Assembly: GCA_963798485.1 (NCBI GenBank)
Contig: CAWCTR010000007.1
Span: 544,001 to 608,000 of the forward strand
Reading direction: 5' to 3'
Source: an uncultured delta proteobacterium
GTDB taxonomy: Bacteria > Desulfobacterota > Desulfomonilia > UBA1062
Length of the DNA stretch: 64,000 nt
Positions 9,359 through 20,200 of the stretch are shown here, one piece after another. Both the position numbers and the translations under genes were made by a program. The notes under the pieces were generated by a model. That model made no database searches, was not told the DNA's origin, and worked only from the letters and a program-made list of their open reading frames with translations. Positions within the stretch are counted from its first letter, which is position 1. Each line of letters starts with the position of its first letter.

Positions 9359-10751
9359 ATGCCGGACCGATTGAACATTATCAGAGACGTTTCTGACCAG
9401 GGGGTTTTGGTTGTACAGAGCATGGCCTGCGATACGGTTACCCCGGTTGGCGCCTACAAGGCCCTCGTTGGAGAAACCCAGGGATTTCTGCTGGAATCCG
9501 TACCGGTTGCCTACAGCTTTGTCGGCCGTTTTGACCAGGGCGGGGTTGTAGCGGTAGAGGAGGGAGAAAAAGACCCATGGGCAAAAATCCCCAGGGTTGC
9601 AAACCCGCTTTGCTTTGCCCATAACGGCCTTCCCCCCTTCATTGGCGGGTATGTGGGCTACATAGGCTATGACATGATCAGGGGGGTTGAGGCCCTGCCA
9701 CGGCCCCAGCTGCCCTCCGGGTTTCCCGATGCACTGCTTGGCAGGGTAAGCACGCTTTTGGTCTTTGATCACCTGAAACAGGACCTCAAGCTCCTTCAGG
9801 TGATCCCGGAGCCTTCCGTCACCGATCAGGAGGCGATAGCCCTTGCAAGGGAAAGGTTTTCCGAAATCGAGGACGCACTCTATTCAAGCAGCATCAATAT
9901 CAGGCCGCAGATGCCCAGCATCCGCGGCAGTGCAGGAGGTCTCCCTTGATGATAGTGAGTTCACGGAGGCCGTTCTCAAGGCAAAGGATTATCTGCACAA
10001 GGGCGATATCATGCAGGTGGTGCTCTCACGGAGGGTGAGGCTCGACCTTGAAGGCGACCAGTTTGACATCTACCGAAGGCTCAGGCGCATCAACCCCTCG
10101 CCATATCTTTTTTTCATCAAGATTGCAGATGTAACCCTCCTCGGTTCATCCCCTGAAGAGATGGTGCGGCTCCAGGGCGAGACGATCACCACGGTCCCCA
10201 TTGCAGGGACCAGGCCAAGGGGTAAGAGCCCATCGGAAGACGATTATCTGGTTCAGGACCTGCTGGCCGATGAAAAGGAGCGCGCCGAGCACCTCATGCT
10301 GCTGGACCTGGCCCGGAACGACCTGGGCCGCGTCTGCATCCCAGGCACGGTCAAGGTGATGCAGCGGGAAAAGGTGAGGCTCTATTCGCACGTGATGCAC
10401 ATCGTCTCATGTGTCGAGGGCTTGCGTCGCAGTGGTGTGGATGCCACCGACGTCCTGAAGGCCTGCTTCCCTGCGGGCACTGTTTCAGGCGCCCCCAAGG
10501 TGAGGGCCATGGAGATCATCGACGAGCTGGAGGGGAGATGCCGGGGCCCCTATGCCGGTGCTGTGGGCTACCTTTCATACAACGGCAACATGGACACCGG
10601 TATCGTTATCCGGACTATATTTTCCCGGAATGACAAGACATACCTCCAGGCAGGCGCCGGAATCGTATGGGATTCGGTCCCTGAACGGGAGCTCAAGGAG
10701 ATAGACAACAAGCTGAAGGCACTTCAGACGGCATTGGGAGGGACGAAATGA
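9359..10751 (+). pseudogene. trpE: Anthranilate synthase component I, split by one frameshift near 9915 (possibly a sequencing indel)
   Basis: N-part has FLLES and FIGGYVGYIGYD; C-part has GDIMQVVLS, GSSPE, AEHLMLLDLARND and FPAGTVSGAPK. Removing one C from atgcccagca joins the two frames. Confidence 0.9.
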
Positions 10752-11329
10752 TACTCATGATCGACAACTTTGATTCGTTCACCTACAACCTGGTGCAGGC
10801 CATAGCGGCACGAGGCGAGGAGGTGGTGGTCAGACGGAACAACGCCATAGACTTAGGTGGGGTAAGGGCGCTTAACCCGTCGGCGATCATCATCTCTCCA
10901 GGCCCCGGAACCCCCAATGATGCCGGGGTCTCCCTGGACCTGATCAAGAACCTTGCCGGGACCATCCCCATCTTGGGTGTATGCCTCGGCCATCAGTGTA
11001 TTGCACAGGCCTTTGGCGGCAAGATAGTGTTGGCCAAGAAGGTCATGCACGGGAAGCTCTCCCGGATCGCCCATAACGGTTTGGGGCTGTTCGATGGGAT
11101 CCCTGACAATTTCTCGGCCGTCAGGTACCACTCGCTGGCCGTTGACGAGTCCAGCCTGCCGAAAGGCTTTTTTGTAAGCGCCAGGGCCTATGACGATGGT
11201 GAGATCATGGCCATCTGTCATGAAGATATGCCGATTTTCGGGGTCCAGTTCCACCCGGAATCCATTGCCACCGATTTTGGTGAGCAGATCCTGGAGAGAT
11301 TCATATCCTTGACAAGGAGGCCATCATGA
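10748..11329 (+). CDS. trpG: Anthranilate synthase component II (glutamine amidotransferase)
   Basis: IDNFDSFTYNL, SPGPG, GVCLGHQ and GVQFHPES motifs. Confidence 0.96.
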   Translation: MILMIDNFDSFTYNLVQAIAARGEEVVVRRNNAIDLGGVRALNPSAIIISPGPGTPNDAGVSLDLIKNLAGTIPILGVCLGHQCIAQAFGGKIVLAKKVMHGKLSRIAHNGLGLFDGIPDNFSAVRYHSLAVDESSLPKGFFVSARAYDDGEIMAICHEDMPIFGVQFHPESIATDFGEQILERFISLTRRPS

Positions 11330-12318
11330 AGGCGTCTTTTGAAAAATTGATTTCAGGACAACACTTGAATCCCCACGAGATGGAACGGGCGTTTGATCTG
11401 ATCATGTCCGGCCAGGTCAATGATGTGCAGATAGGTGGGTTTCTGACTGCGCTACGGATCAAGGGGGAGACCCCCGAGGAGATCGAGACTGCGGCCCGTG
11501 TCATGCGCAAGAAGGCATTGCCGGTCAAGACCGGGTGCGACATGGTTGTAGACACGTGCGGTACCGGCGGAGACGGCGCCTCTACCTTTAATATATCCAC
11601 TGCCGTTGCCTTTGTCATGGCCGGGGCCGGATACAAGGTGGCCAAGCACGGCAACCGGTCCGTGAGCTCTTCCTCGGGGAGTGCCGACTGCCTGGAGGCG
11701 TTAGGAGTGCCCATTGACCTTGGGCCGGATGATGCCGCAAGGGCGATAGCGGAAAAGGGTTTCTGCTTTCTGTTTGCGCCGGCCTATCACCCGAGCATGA
11801 AGTACGCCATGCCGGCCCGGAAGCAGCTCGGGATCCGCACCATCTTCAATACCCTGGGTCCGCTCGCAAACCCGGCCGGCGCGACCAATCAGGTCATAGG
11901 CGTTTATGCGGCATCCCTGGTGGACCCCATCATCGAGGCCCTGAAGAACATGGGGCTCAAGGGTGCCATGGTAGTACACAGCGGGCTCGATGAAGTATCC
12001 ATTGCCGGACCCACCAGATATGCAAGGCTCTCTGATGGCAGGATCACCAGGGGTGAGATCACACCAGAGCAAGCCGGGCTTGCACCCATGTCGATGGAAG
12101 ACCTCAAGGTATCGTCACCTATGGAATCCGCACAGAAGATCAAGGACCTTTTCGAATGTAAGCTTGAAGGTGCATGCCTGAACAGCCTTCTCCTGAACAC
12201 GGCTGCAGCCTTTATGGCCGTTGACGGCACTGTGGGGATCAAGGATGGAGTGGCTATGGCGAGAAAAGTGATCAAAAACGGGGAGGCCCTCAATGCCCTG
12301 AGGCGGGCCAGGGCATAA
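11326..12318 (+). CDS. trpD: Anthranilate phosphoribosyltransferase
   Basis: DTCGTGGDG, NISTA and KHGNRSVSS motifs. Confidence 0.97.
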   Translation: MKASFEKLISGQHLNPHEMERAFDLIMSGQVNDVQIGGFLTALRIKGETPEEIETAARVMRKKALPVKTGCDMVVDTCGTGGDGASTFNISTAVAFVMAGAGYKVAKHGNRSVSSSSGSADCLEALGVPIDLGPDDAARAIAEKGFCFLFAPAYHPSMKYAMPARKQLGIRTIFNTLGPLANPAGATNQVIGVYAASLVDPIIEALKNMGLKGAMVVHSGLDEVSIAGPTRYARLSDGRITRGEITPEQAGLAPMSMEDLKVSSPMESAQKIKDLFECKLEGACLNSLLLNTAAAFMAVDGTVGIKDGVAMARKVIKNGEALNALRRARA

Positions 12319-12320
12319 CC

Positions 12321-13079
12321 ATGGATTTTCTGGACAAGATGTACAGGCTCTCGCGAAGACGCGCAGCAGGGCTTTTGCCGCCCGCCGGCTATCCCTTTTC
12401 CGCCAGGCCCTTCAAGTCCGCCTTGAAGGATATGGCGCTCATTGCAGAGGTGAAGTACGCCACCCCCAAGGACGGCCTGCTGGGTATCACCGATGACCCG
12501 GCAACCATTGCATGTGAATACGAGCGGCTCGGCGCGAGCGCCATTTCGTGCCTCACCGAGCCGGAGTATTTTGCAGGTTGCCTCGAATACATAGGCATCA
12601 TCCGCGCACGCTGTTCTTTGCCGGTCATGATGAAGGATTTTATTGTGGATGAACGGCAGATCCAGGCAGGACGTGCATTGGGTGCCGATGCCTTCCTGCT
12701 TATCACCGAGATGTTGAGCAAAAAAGGGCTCAAGGCCTTGTATGCATGCGGCAAGGACCTGGGTATGGACTGCCTCGTGGAGGTCCACGGCCTCGAGGGT
12801 CTGGACAAGGCCGTGGCCGTGGGTGCAGAGATCATCGGCGTGAATTCCCGGGACCTCAAGACCCTGCAGGTTGACCCTCTAAGACATGAAAAGCTTGCAG
12901 GTCACATCCCCGCGCATGTGGTCAAGGTTGCCGAGAGCGGGATAACATCAGGGACAAGGCTTATGGAACTCAAGGCCTTTGGCTATGATGCAGCGCTTAT
13001 CGGCAGGGCCTTTGCGGATGGGGCGTTACGGGAGGAGATCTTCCATGTGGGTAAAGATCTGCGGCATCACCAGGCTTGA
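12321..13079 (+). CDS. trpC: Indole-3-glycerol phosphate synthase
   Basis: LIAEVKYATP, LTEPEYF, KDFIVD, GVNSRDL and VAESGI motifs. Confidence 0.95.
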   Translation: MDFLDKMYRLSRRRAAGLLPPAGYPFSARPFKSALKDMALIAEVKYATPKDGLLGITDDPATIACEYERLGASAISCLTEPEYFAGCLEYIGIIRARCSLPVMMKDFIVDERQIQAGRALGADAFLLITEMLSKKGLKALYACGKDLGMDCLVEVHGLEGLDKAVAVGAEIIGVNSRDLKTLQVDPLRHEKLAGHIPAHVVKVAESGITSGTRLMELKAFGYDAALIGRAFADGALREEIFHVGKDLRHHQA

Positions 13080-13611
13080 GGATGCCGAGTTGGCTGCTTC
13101 ATCGGGTGTGGCGCTGATGCCCTGGGCTTTGTCTTTACAAAGAGTCCGCGCAACGTCTCTCGTGAGATCATAGTGCCTTGGATTCAAAAGATAACAGGGG
13201 TGGAGAAGGTGGCGGTATTCATGGATGAAGGCGTGGATGAGATCCTTAAGACCTGTGCGGGTCTCGGGATTGACACTATTCAGCTCCATGCGGCGCCGTC
13301 ACCAGGAGCACGAGCGCCTGATCGAACGTTACGGCATCATCTATGCCGCACACGAGTACGCTCAAGGCATGCTCCCCGGCTACCCATGCCGTATCCTTAT
13401 CGACGCGAGCACGGGAAAGGGCATGAAAGGGATATGGAAAAAGCGCGACATACCTTTTATCCTGGCCGGCGGACTTACCCCGGATAATGTCCGGGAGGCC
13501 ATCAGGGCGGCCTTGCCTGAAGGAGTGGACGTGTCTTCGGGCGTAGAGATGTCGCCGGGCATCAAGGACCCGCTCAAGGTAGAAAGATTTATCAGGGAGG
13601 CCAAGTCATGA
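13045..13611 (+). pseudogene. trpF: Phosphoribosylanthranilate isomerase, split by two frameshifts (~13105 and ~13300)
   Basis: MWVKICGIT, GADALGFVF...IQLH and [12 protein letters not shown]...VDVSSGVE lie in three successive reading frames. Confidence 0.88.
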
Positions 13612-14762
13612 AGGGATACTTTGGAGAATTCGGAGGGCAGTACGTACCGGAGACATTACTGCCCGCACTTGAGGAACTCGATGCTGCCATGGAAAAGGCC
13701 TTTGACGAGACGGCCTTCTGGGATGAATTCAACTCCTACATGGTCCACTATGTGGGCAGGCCCACGCCGCTCACCCATGCGAAAAGGCTCTCGGCGCATC
13801 TCGGGCTCGATGTGTGGCTCAAGCGGGAAGACCTCAACCATACCGGCTCCCACAAGATCAACAACGCCATCGGCCAGATACTGCTGGCCAGGCGCATGGG
13901 AAAGAACCGCATCATCGCCGAGACCGGGGCCGGCCAGCACGGCGTGGCAACGGCAACGGTATGCGCCCTGTTCGGCATGGAATGCCATGTGTATATGGGA
14001 AGCACGGATATTGTCAGACAGCAGATAAATGTGGAGCGTATGAAGCTTTTAGGTACCGAGGTGATCCCGGTAGAGGGCGGCAGCGCTACCTTAAAAGATG
14101 CCACCAGCGAGGCCATCAGGGACTGGATAACCAATGTTGACACCACGTACTACCTCATCGGCTCAGCCATCGGTCCGCACCCCTACCCGAGCCTGGTGCG
14201 TGCTTTCCAGGAGATTATAGGCCGTGAGGCCAGGCAGCAGATCATTGCCTTATCCGGCTCGCTGCCTGATGCCGTGGTGGCATGCGTGGGAGGCGGCAGC
14301 AATGCCATCGGGATCTTCAGCGCCTTTCTTGATGAGGACAAGGTGGATCTGATCGGGGTGGAGGCCTATGGCCAGGGTAATGGCAGGCACGGCGCCAGCA
14401 TCAACTTCGGGACTCCGGGTGTGCTCCACGGATCGCGGTCCTTTCTGCTCCAGGACAAGGACGGTCAGGTCGTGGAGACCCATTCCATTGCAGCAGGGCT
14501 CGACTACCCTGGAGTGGGGCCGGAGCACAGCTTTCTTGCAGCTACGAAAAGGGCGCGTTACGCCCTGGTCAATGACGAGCAGACGCTTGCCGCCTTCAAG
14601 CTGTTGAACAGGCTGGAGGGGATCGCCCCTGCCCTGGAGAGCGCCCATGCCATCGGGTATCTCGCAGAGTACTGCAAGAACAACCAAGGCAAAAAGGTTG
14701 TGGTCAATCTTTCCGGCAGGGGGGACAAGGACATCCACACGGTGTTAGGGGGCGGGCAATGA
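13608..14762 (+). CDS. trpB: Tryptophan synthase beta chain
   Basis: [24 protein letters not shown] and [11 protein letters not shown] motifs. Confidence 0.98.
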   Translation: MKGYFGEFGGQYVPETLLPALEELDAAMEKAFDETAFWDEFNSYMVHYVGRPTPLTHAKRLSAHLGLDVWLKREDLNHTGSHKINNAIGQILLARRMGKNRIIAETGAGQHGVATATVCALFGMECHVYMGSTDIVRQQINVERMKLLGTEVIPVEGGSATLKDATSEAIRDWITNVDTTYYLIGSAIGPHPYPSLVRAFQEIIGREARQQIIALSGSLPDAVVACVGGGSNAIGIFSAFLDEDKVDLIGVEAYGQGNGRHGASINFGTPGVLHGSRSFLLQDKDGQVVETHSIAAGLDYPGVGPEHSFLAATKRARYALVNDEQTLAAFKLLNRLEGIAPALESAHAIGYLAEYCKNNQGKKVVVNLSGRGDKDIHTVLGGGQ

Positions 14763-15520
14763 TAGCAAAGGCGATAAGAGATCATAAAAAGGCAATTATC
14801 CCGTATGTCACGGCAGGCCTGCCGGACCTCGATACTACAGGCAAGATCCTCCTGGCGTTGAAGGATGCAGGCGCCGCAGCAATCGAAATAGGTATTCCCT
14901 TCTCGGACCCCATGGCGGACGGGCCGGTGCTGCAGAAGGCATCCTACCTGGCCCTGCAGAAAGGCTTTAAAATGGACGAACTTCAGGGTTGCCTGACGGG
15001 GTGGAGCACCATGCTTGACATACCGCTCGTTGTCATGTCCTATATCAACCCCCTCATGCGCCGCGGCCTTCGCCGGACCCTTGCAAGCCTTAAAGCCTGC
15101 GGGGTGAGAGGGACGATCATCCCGGACCTGCCCCGGGATGCGGATAAGATCTATGCCGACTGCCAAGAGATCGGCATCGACCTGATCAGGATGGTGGCCC
15201 CGACCACCGAGCCAGCCAGGATGAAAGAGGTCCTCTCCCAGTGCGGCGGATTCGTGTATGCGGTTTCCATCAAGGGGGTTACCGGCTCAAGGAGTGATCT
15301 GCCTCCGGAGGTACGGGCCCAGGTGGGCGCCATCAAGGAGATGACCGACCTGCCGGTGTGTGTGGGTTTCGGGGTGTCCAGCGCAGCCCAGGTGGATGAT
15401 CTTCTCACCTTTACCGACGGGGTCATCGTCGGCAGTTACCTGATGGGCAAGATCATGGACTCACCCGATCCGGCCAAGACCGCATACGAGACGTTGCATG
15501 GGCTGTTGAACGGTAGGTAG
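14759..15520 (+). CDS. trpA: Tryptophan synthase alpha chain
   Basis: [21 protein letters not shown] and VGFGV motifs. Confidence 0.97.
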   Translation: MIAKAIRDHKKAIIPYVTAGLPDLDTTGKILLALKDAGAAAIEIGIPFSDPMADGPVLQKASYLALQKGFKMDELQGCLTGWSTMLDIPLVVMSYINPLMRRGLRRTLASLKACGVRGTIIPDLPRDADKIYADCQEIGIDLIRMVAPTTEPARMKEVLSQCGGFVYAVSIKGVTGSRSDLPPEVRAQVGAIKEMTDLPVCVGFGVSSAAQVDDLLTFTDGVIVGSYLMGKIMDSPDPAKTAYETLHGLLNGR

Positions 15521-15534
15521 CTGTTAAGCGATTT

Positions 15535-16347
15535 TCAGTCCCCTATTACTGCCGGCTCGAACTTCATGACACCGCTGTCCGTCTGGAGCATGATGTAAAA
15601 GTTCCCATCCCGGAACATGCATGATGAAACCGTTTCAAGCGCCTTGGTGTATGGGTCAAACAGAGAGTTTTCCAGACAGATCATGTGGGTATATGCAAGC
15701 TTGCGCATGACAAGCCAAGTGCCCGCCATCAGATATGTCCCCATACCCCGGTTGCAGTCCGCCCGTACGGTCACCGTTCCGTCCTGTGACAGGATGAGGA
15801 TATATTTTGAGGGGTCTTCAGGGACCATGGCCGTGTTGTTCGCATACTGGATCTGCACGAGCCGCCAGACTATTCCCGTGACTGCCGGATTCCGCTCCAG
15901 GCGCAGGCCGACATTACCCCACTTATCTTTGTCATACTGGAGGGCTGAAAGGCTATCGCCGTCTACCGTAAAATTGATAAGCTCTGGCTTCTCATATATC
16001 CGGCCTATCATGCCGGTCAGCTTCACCGTCACCGTTGAGGCATACCGGCATTCCCATTGCCCATTCTCAATCAGGGCCGGCTTGCCATCCAGGGAATCAG
16101 TGATCATCTCCGAGTGGTGGTCGGGAAATAGCTTCAAACGGATCATTCTCCCCGGGGTGTCGGCTGCAGTGAGCTTGGCGCCATAGAGACCCTCAATATG
16201 CTCGGGTGCGACCAGGCATGGCATTTCCTTTGCCGCCTTGCCTTTCCATAAGGAACACCCGCTCGTGATTAATAATAGGGAGAACACCAGGAATGATAGT
16301 AAACCGATTGGTTTCACCTGGATTCGGTTTTTTGTTTCCTTGTTCAT
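15535..16347 (-). CDS. Lipoprotein with C-terminal META (HslJ-like) domain and NlpE-like N-terminal domain
   Basis: Lipobox-like ITSGC; WRLVQI...ADCNRGMGTY...TH(M)IC is the META pattern. Confidence 0.7.
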   Translation of the reverse strand: MNKETKNRIQVKPIGLLSFLVFSLLLITSGCSLWKGKAAKEMPCLVAPEHIEGLYGAKLTAADTPGRMIRLKLFPDHHSEMITDSLDGKPALIENGQWECRYASTVTVKLTGMIGRIYEKPELINFTVDGDSLSALQYDKDKWGNVGLRLERNPAVTGIVWRLVQIQYANNTAMVPEDPSKYILILSQDGTVTVRADCNRGMGTYLMAGTWLVMRKLAYTHMICLENSLFDPYTKALETVSSCMFRDGNFYIMLQTDSGVMKFEPAVIGD

Positions 16348-16560
16348 AGATTCCCGGTCTCGTTTAACAGATTGAATGCAATACTTTAAAATTCCAGCCC
16401 ACTTTAAGTCACCCTCTTGGCGATTGCAAGTATCATGTCGCATAGGTACGCATAATTTATGCCCAATGCATCAGAGCACTTGACTCTTAGGTGCTAATTG
16501 TTGTTAGAATGTCGCGTTCGCGGGACGTGTTGAATGGATTTTTAAGAACGTGCCGCGGGT

Positions 16561-16653
16561 GGAGAGATGGCCGAGTGGACGAAGGCGTTCGCCTGCTAAG
16601 CGAATGTAGGGTCAAAAGCTCTACCGAGGGTTCGAATCCCTCTCTCTCCGCCA
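16561..16653 (+). tRNA. tRNA-Ser (anticodon GCT)
   Basis: ggagaga acceptor stem, ttcgc-CT-GCT-AA-gcgaa anticodon arm, long variable arm, gggttcgaatccc T arm, encoded CCA. Confidence 0.97.
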
Positions 16654-16664
16654 TAGTCCGCACT
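16593..16664 (+). repeat. attL (3' part of the tRNA plus 11 downstream bases)
   Basis: ctgctaagcg...ccgccatagtccgcact, identical to 24097-24168. Confidence 0.92.
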
Positions 16665-16691
16665 TTTTAGGGGGCCTTTGGCCCCTAAAAA
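16664..16691. terminator. Bidirectional-type hairpin terminator after the tRNA
   Basis: tttttagggggcc-ttt-ggcccctaaaaa. Confidence 0.6.
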
Positions 16692-16720
16692 CAATCAAAA
16701 ATAACCTTTGATAATCTCGT

Positions 16721-16743
16721 TGCTGCCACTTCTGCTGCCACTT
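16721..16743. repeat. Tandem 11-bp repeat, candidate integrase arm-type sites
   Basis: tgctgccactt-c-tgctgccactt, ~60 bp inside attL. Confidence 0.5.
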
Positions 16744-17123
16744 TTAATTTGGATGTGGTTTTTGACATAATAATGCCGCCCATGGTGGGCGGCAAAATAA
16801 CACTTGAGAATAGGACGTGAATAAGTGCTGGTTACTTATAGCTCTTCCATTACCCTTTGGGTTAGTAAAAAACATATTCAGAGTTTGCTGCAGCTCCGCC
16901 ATCGGAGCCATTTAAAATGCACATCGGATATATTATCCGGTATTGTTTTTTTAAATCTTTAGATGACTTTACATCCAGAGTACCAATCTCCTTTACTGCA
17001 CAATCACTGTCGAAGCTAGTGCTCTATTGACTTTGATTTCTTACCTAAAGGTCTCTAATTGATTCTCTCTGAGCTATGAGAAATATTTTCCTTGATCTTT
17101 CTGGGTGATCACAACTGGTGCCT

Positions 17124-20108
17124 TTATCTCGCCAATACTTCATAGATATTCATAGCGACCTTGAAATTGACGCCGAGGGCATCAAAGTGTGCCTTACCGC
17201 AGTCGATCTTCTGATTTTCAATATCGCGACGGTTGTCACGGTCATGGGTACTCTTGGATTCTCGGACCAAGTAGAGCTTTTCATCGTTCTCGGTCACCAC
17301 TGCCCAGTCGGGGTTGTAGTTGCCTAGGGGAGTGGGTACGACAAACCATCGGGGAAGCTTACAGTAGAACTTGACGTTTTCACTCGAATCCAGCTTCTCA
17401 GCAATCTCACGCTCTACTTCGGAATCGAAAGGAACGAAATCATATGGCGTCCTGTCATCCCTGCTCTGGATCTCATAGAGGCGGCTTAGGTACTCTTCAA
17501 TTTCACGTTCCTCAAAGAGCCTCATCTCATAGATCTGACCTTCAATATGTTCGTACTTGATGCCCTCAACTACCATCTCATGCAAGGCACGGTTGATCAG
17601 CTTGGCCGTCTCGGTCATAAATGTCTGGGGGTTGATGGCGAACTCTTTCAGACGACCGGATGCCTTTAGGATCTCTACAAGCGTACCCCTGGTTAATTCG
17701 GTTTCTCTTTGCAGATAGGCCAGAATATCAGGAAGGAACCTGGGGCCAGGCGCATATTCAATACGGCTCTCTCGAACCATACCGGCTTCAATCCCCGCTT
17801 CCGTGACATCCACCTCGGTCTTGTCGATGAGGATACTGACCGGCTGGATCTTTTCCATCTTCTCGATCTTCATCGCAGCTAGGGCAACAAGCTTACCTGT
17901 TTCAAACTCAACGGAATAGCGGGTCTTCTTGTTGATCTTCTGCCAGAGGGCCTTAAATTCTTCATTCAACTCGACACGCTTGTTATACTTCAGGGTACAG
18001 CGCTCCCGGGCATTCACGATACGATTCTTAAAGAGGTAGCGCTTTATTTCATCCGTAATAGCCGCCCGCATGGACTCCATCTCAAGCGGCAGTTCTAAGA
18101 CGAATCCTTCTTTTTCCGGGACGAATTTTTCAGTGATATCTCCTAGAAGGTCCAGGTAGCCTTTTTCGACCAGAGCCTGCCATATATTTGCAGAGGCCTC
18201 CTGACCGATGGGCTGATTCGACACCTCATCAATCAATCTTGCAAAGGCGAGCTTCTCCATTCGTCCGAACTTAAACCCGCCACCCACATCATTCTCAATA
18301 TCTTCTTGAAGCCCCTTGGCATAGTCCTTAAAAGACTCGCTGGCAATAACCGTAAGCCTGTTGATAGTTTCATCATAGATGCGCTCACCGTCCTGGTTCA
18401 CCGGAAGCCTCAAACCTCTGCCTAGGGTCTGTCGCCGTTCACGTTCGGTGCCCATCTCCCGCAAGGAGCATATCTGGAAGACATTCGGGTTATCCCATCC
18501 CTCTTTCAGCGCAGAATGACTGAATATGAACCGGAGCGGTTCATCAACGGAGAGTAAGCGTTCTTTGTCCCGCATGATCAGGTGGTAAACCTCATCATCA
18601 GCCTTGGTCGAACCGCTCGTGTCTTTCAAGGATACGATCGCGCCTTTCTTCCTGTCCGCAGAAAAATACCCGTCATGGAGCGCATCCACATTAAAGGATA
18701 GCAGACCTTTGTAGAGCGGTTTCCCGGAGACTTCGGCAAAGGCCTCTTCAAACCACTGGGCAAGTTTGCCTTTCCGGGGGTTTCCCTCATCATCGTACCA
18801 GCGGTAATTGGATACCTTATCAACAAAGAATAAACTGAGAACTTTGATTCCCTTGTCTTTGAACCTGCGTTCTTTTTTGAAATGCTCCTCCACTGCCTGC
18901 CGGATCTGGGCCTTGAGCACCTCATCGCCCATGCCGCCTTCTTCCTGGTTCAGCTCAAGCATTTTCCCATTGGCAAACTCAACATGTTCCAGACCGGCCT
19001 CTGCACAGATATTGGTGACAATGTAACCATCATAGCCCTGCCGGTTGGTCTGCTGGCTTATATCGGTCCCCTGCCTGAGGGTGATCTTTTCCTCCTTCGG
19101 CCCGGTCTTGGTGTCTTTATGGATCGTTGCCTTGGCATGGGGAACTTTCGCATCTTTTGCATAGCCGATGGAATCGATGCGGATAAACGTCTCGTTGAAG
19201 TTCTCTTCCGACCGGATGGAGGCTACTTCGATCTGCTTGACCAGCCGCATATCGTAGGCCTTGATGGGGTCAAGCCGGTAGAGCAGGTTGTAGGGGTTGA
19301 TGTGGGTGGCTGAATAACGAAGACACAAGAGAGAGTTCAAGGTCTTGATTGCCCTTTTTGCTTTGACTGTGTTGTCCACACTCTGGGGCTCATCGATAAT
19401 GACAATGGGGTTCGTGGCCTGGACATATTCGATAGGTCTGCGGCCCGACATTTTATCCTGTTCCTGGTGGATGACATTGAGCTTCTTGCGCTGGTCGTCG
19501 GTCAGTTTTGCATAGTCTTCGATATCTCCGGCATCCTTCTGGAAGGCCTGGATGTTGATGATCATAATCTGGATTTCATTGCTCACTGCAAATTGGCGCA
19601 CCTTGGACAGGTCAGCCGAGTTGTACACGAAATGGTCAAAAGGGATGTTATCATAGAGCCCTTTGAAATGCCCGCTCATGAGTTCGATGGATGAGAGAAC
19701 TCCTTCCCGGATAGCAACCGAGGGGACCACAATGATGAATTTCTTGAAGTCATACATGCGGTTCAGCTCAAAGATGGTGCGCAGGTAGACATAGGTTTTG
19801 CCGGTTCCTGTCTCCATTTCCACGGAAAAATTTGGGAAGGAATAGGGATCTCCCTTTTCGATCAGAGAAAGGGACTTGGGCATGATGCCACGCTCCTGCA
19901 CGGCATGGAGGTTTTTTAGCATCTGGTGAGGATTCATTACCAGTTGATTTGCCACTCCCAATTCGGTTTGTTCTGCCCCCATGAAGAAGTCTGTGCTCAG
20001 CCTTACCTCGAAGGCACTTTGTTTCGACGGCAGGCCTTCAAAGAGGTCTGTTACCGATCTGATGGCCTCCATCTGGTATTCAAGGCTCGAATCAAATTTC
20101 AGCTTCAC
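17124..20108 (-). CDS. res: Type III restriction endonuclease subunit Res
   Basis: METGTGKT, IIDEPQ, EGWDNPNVFQ, QTLGRGLRL and C-terminal YNPDW...ESK nuclease motif; probable GTG start (MKLKFD) after ggaggg. Confidence 0.95.
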   Translation of the reverse strand: MKLKFDSSLEYQMEAIRSVTDLFEGLPSKQSAFEVRLSTDFFMGAEQTELGVANQLVMNPHQMLKNLHAVQERGIMPKSLSLIEKGDPYSFPNFSVEMETGTGKTYVYLRTIFELNRMYDFKKFIIVVPSVAIREGVLSSIELMSGHFKGLYDNIPFDHFVYNSADLSKVRQFAVSNEIQIMIINIQAFQKDAGDIEDYAKLTDDQRKKLNVIHQEQDKMSGRRPIEYVQATNPIVIIDEPQSVDNTVKAKRAIKTLNSLLCLRYSATHINPYNLLYRLDPIKAYDMRLVKQIEVASIRSEENFNETFIRIDSIGYAKDAKVPHAKATIHKDTKTGPKEEKITLRQGTDISQQTNRQGYDGYIVTNICAEAGLEHVEFANGKMLELNQEEGGMGDEVLKAQIRQAVEEHFKKERRFKDKGIKVLSLFFVDKVSNYRWYDDEGNPRKGKLAQWFEEAFAEVSGKPLYKGLLSFNVDALHDGYFSADRKKGAIVSLKDTSGSTKADDEVYHLIMRDKERLLSVDEPLRFIFSHSALKEGWDNPNVFQICSLREMGTERERRQTLGRGLRLPVNQDGERIYDETINRLTVIASESFKDYAKGLQEDIENDVGGGFKFGRMEKLAFARLIDEVSNQPIGQEASANIWQALVEKGYLDLLGDITEKFVPEKEGFVLELPLEMESMRAAITDEIKRYLFKNRIVNARERCTLKYNKRVELNEEFKALWQKINKKTRYSVEFETGKLVALAAMKIEKMEKIQPVSILIDKTEVDVTEAGIEAGMVRESRIEYAPGPRFLPDILAYLQRETELTRGTLVEILKASGRLKEFAINPQTFMTETAKLINRALHEMVVEGIKYEHIEGQIYEMRLFEEREIEEYLSRLYEIQSRDDRTPYDFVPFDSEVEREIAEKLDSSENVKFYCKLPRWFVVPTPLGNYNPDWAVVTENDEKLYLVRESKSTHDRDNRRDIENQKIDCGKAHFDALGVNFKVAMNIYEVLAR

Positions 20109-20200
20109 CGTGGAAAACCCCTCCGGTTGTGGGTTATCCAAAGAGAAGTTGCGGATGTTTGCGGATTATTCATGGTAGTCATACTTATCTGCAACTCCTC

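Noticed and set aside
9900-9949. Programmed ribosomal frameshifting in trpE (also considered for trpF and ilvD)
   Set aside because: No slippery heptamer or stimulatory structure at the junctions; simple indels explain them.
16448-16465. Sigma54 promoter for the META lipoprotein gene (minus strand GG-N10-GC)
   Set aside because: Spacing fits, but the flanks deviate (GGGCAT...ATGC) and I found no enhancer site; too weak to call.
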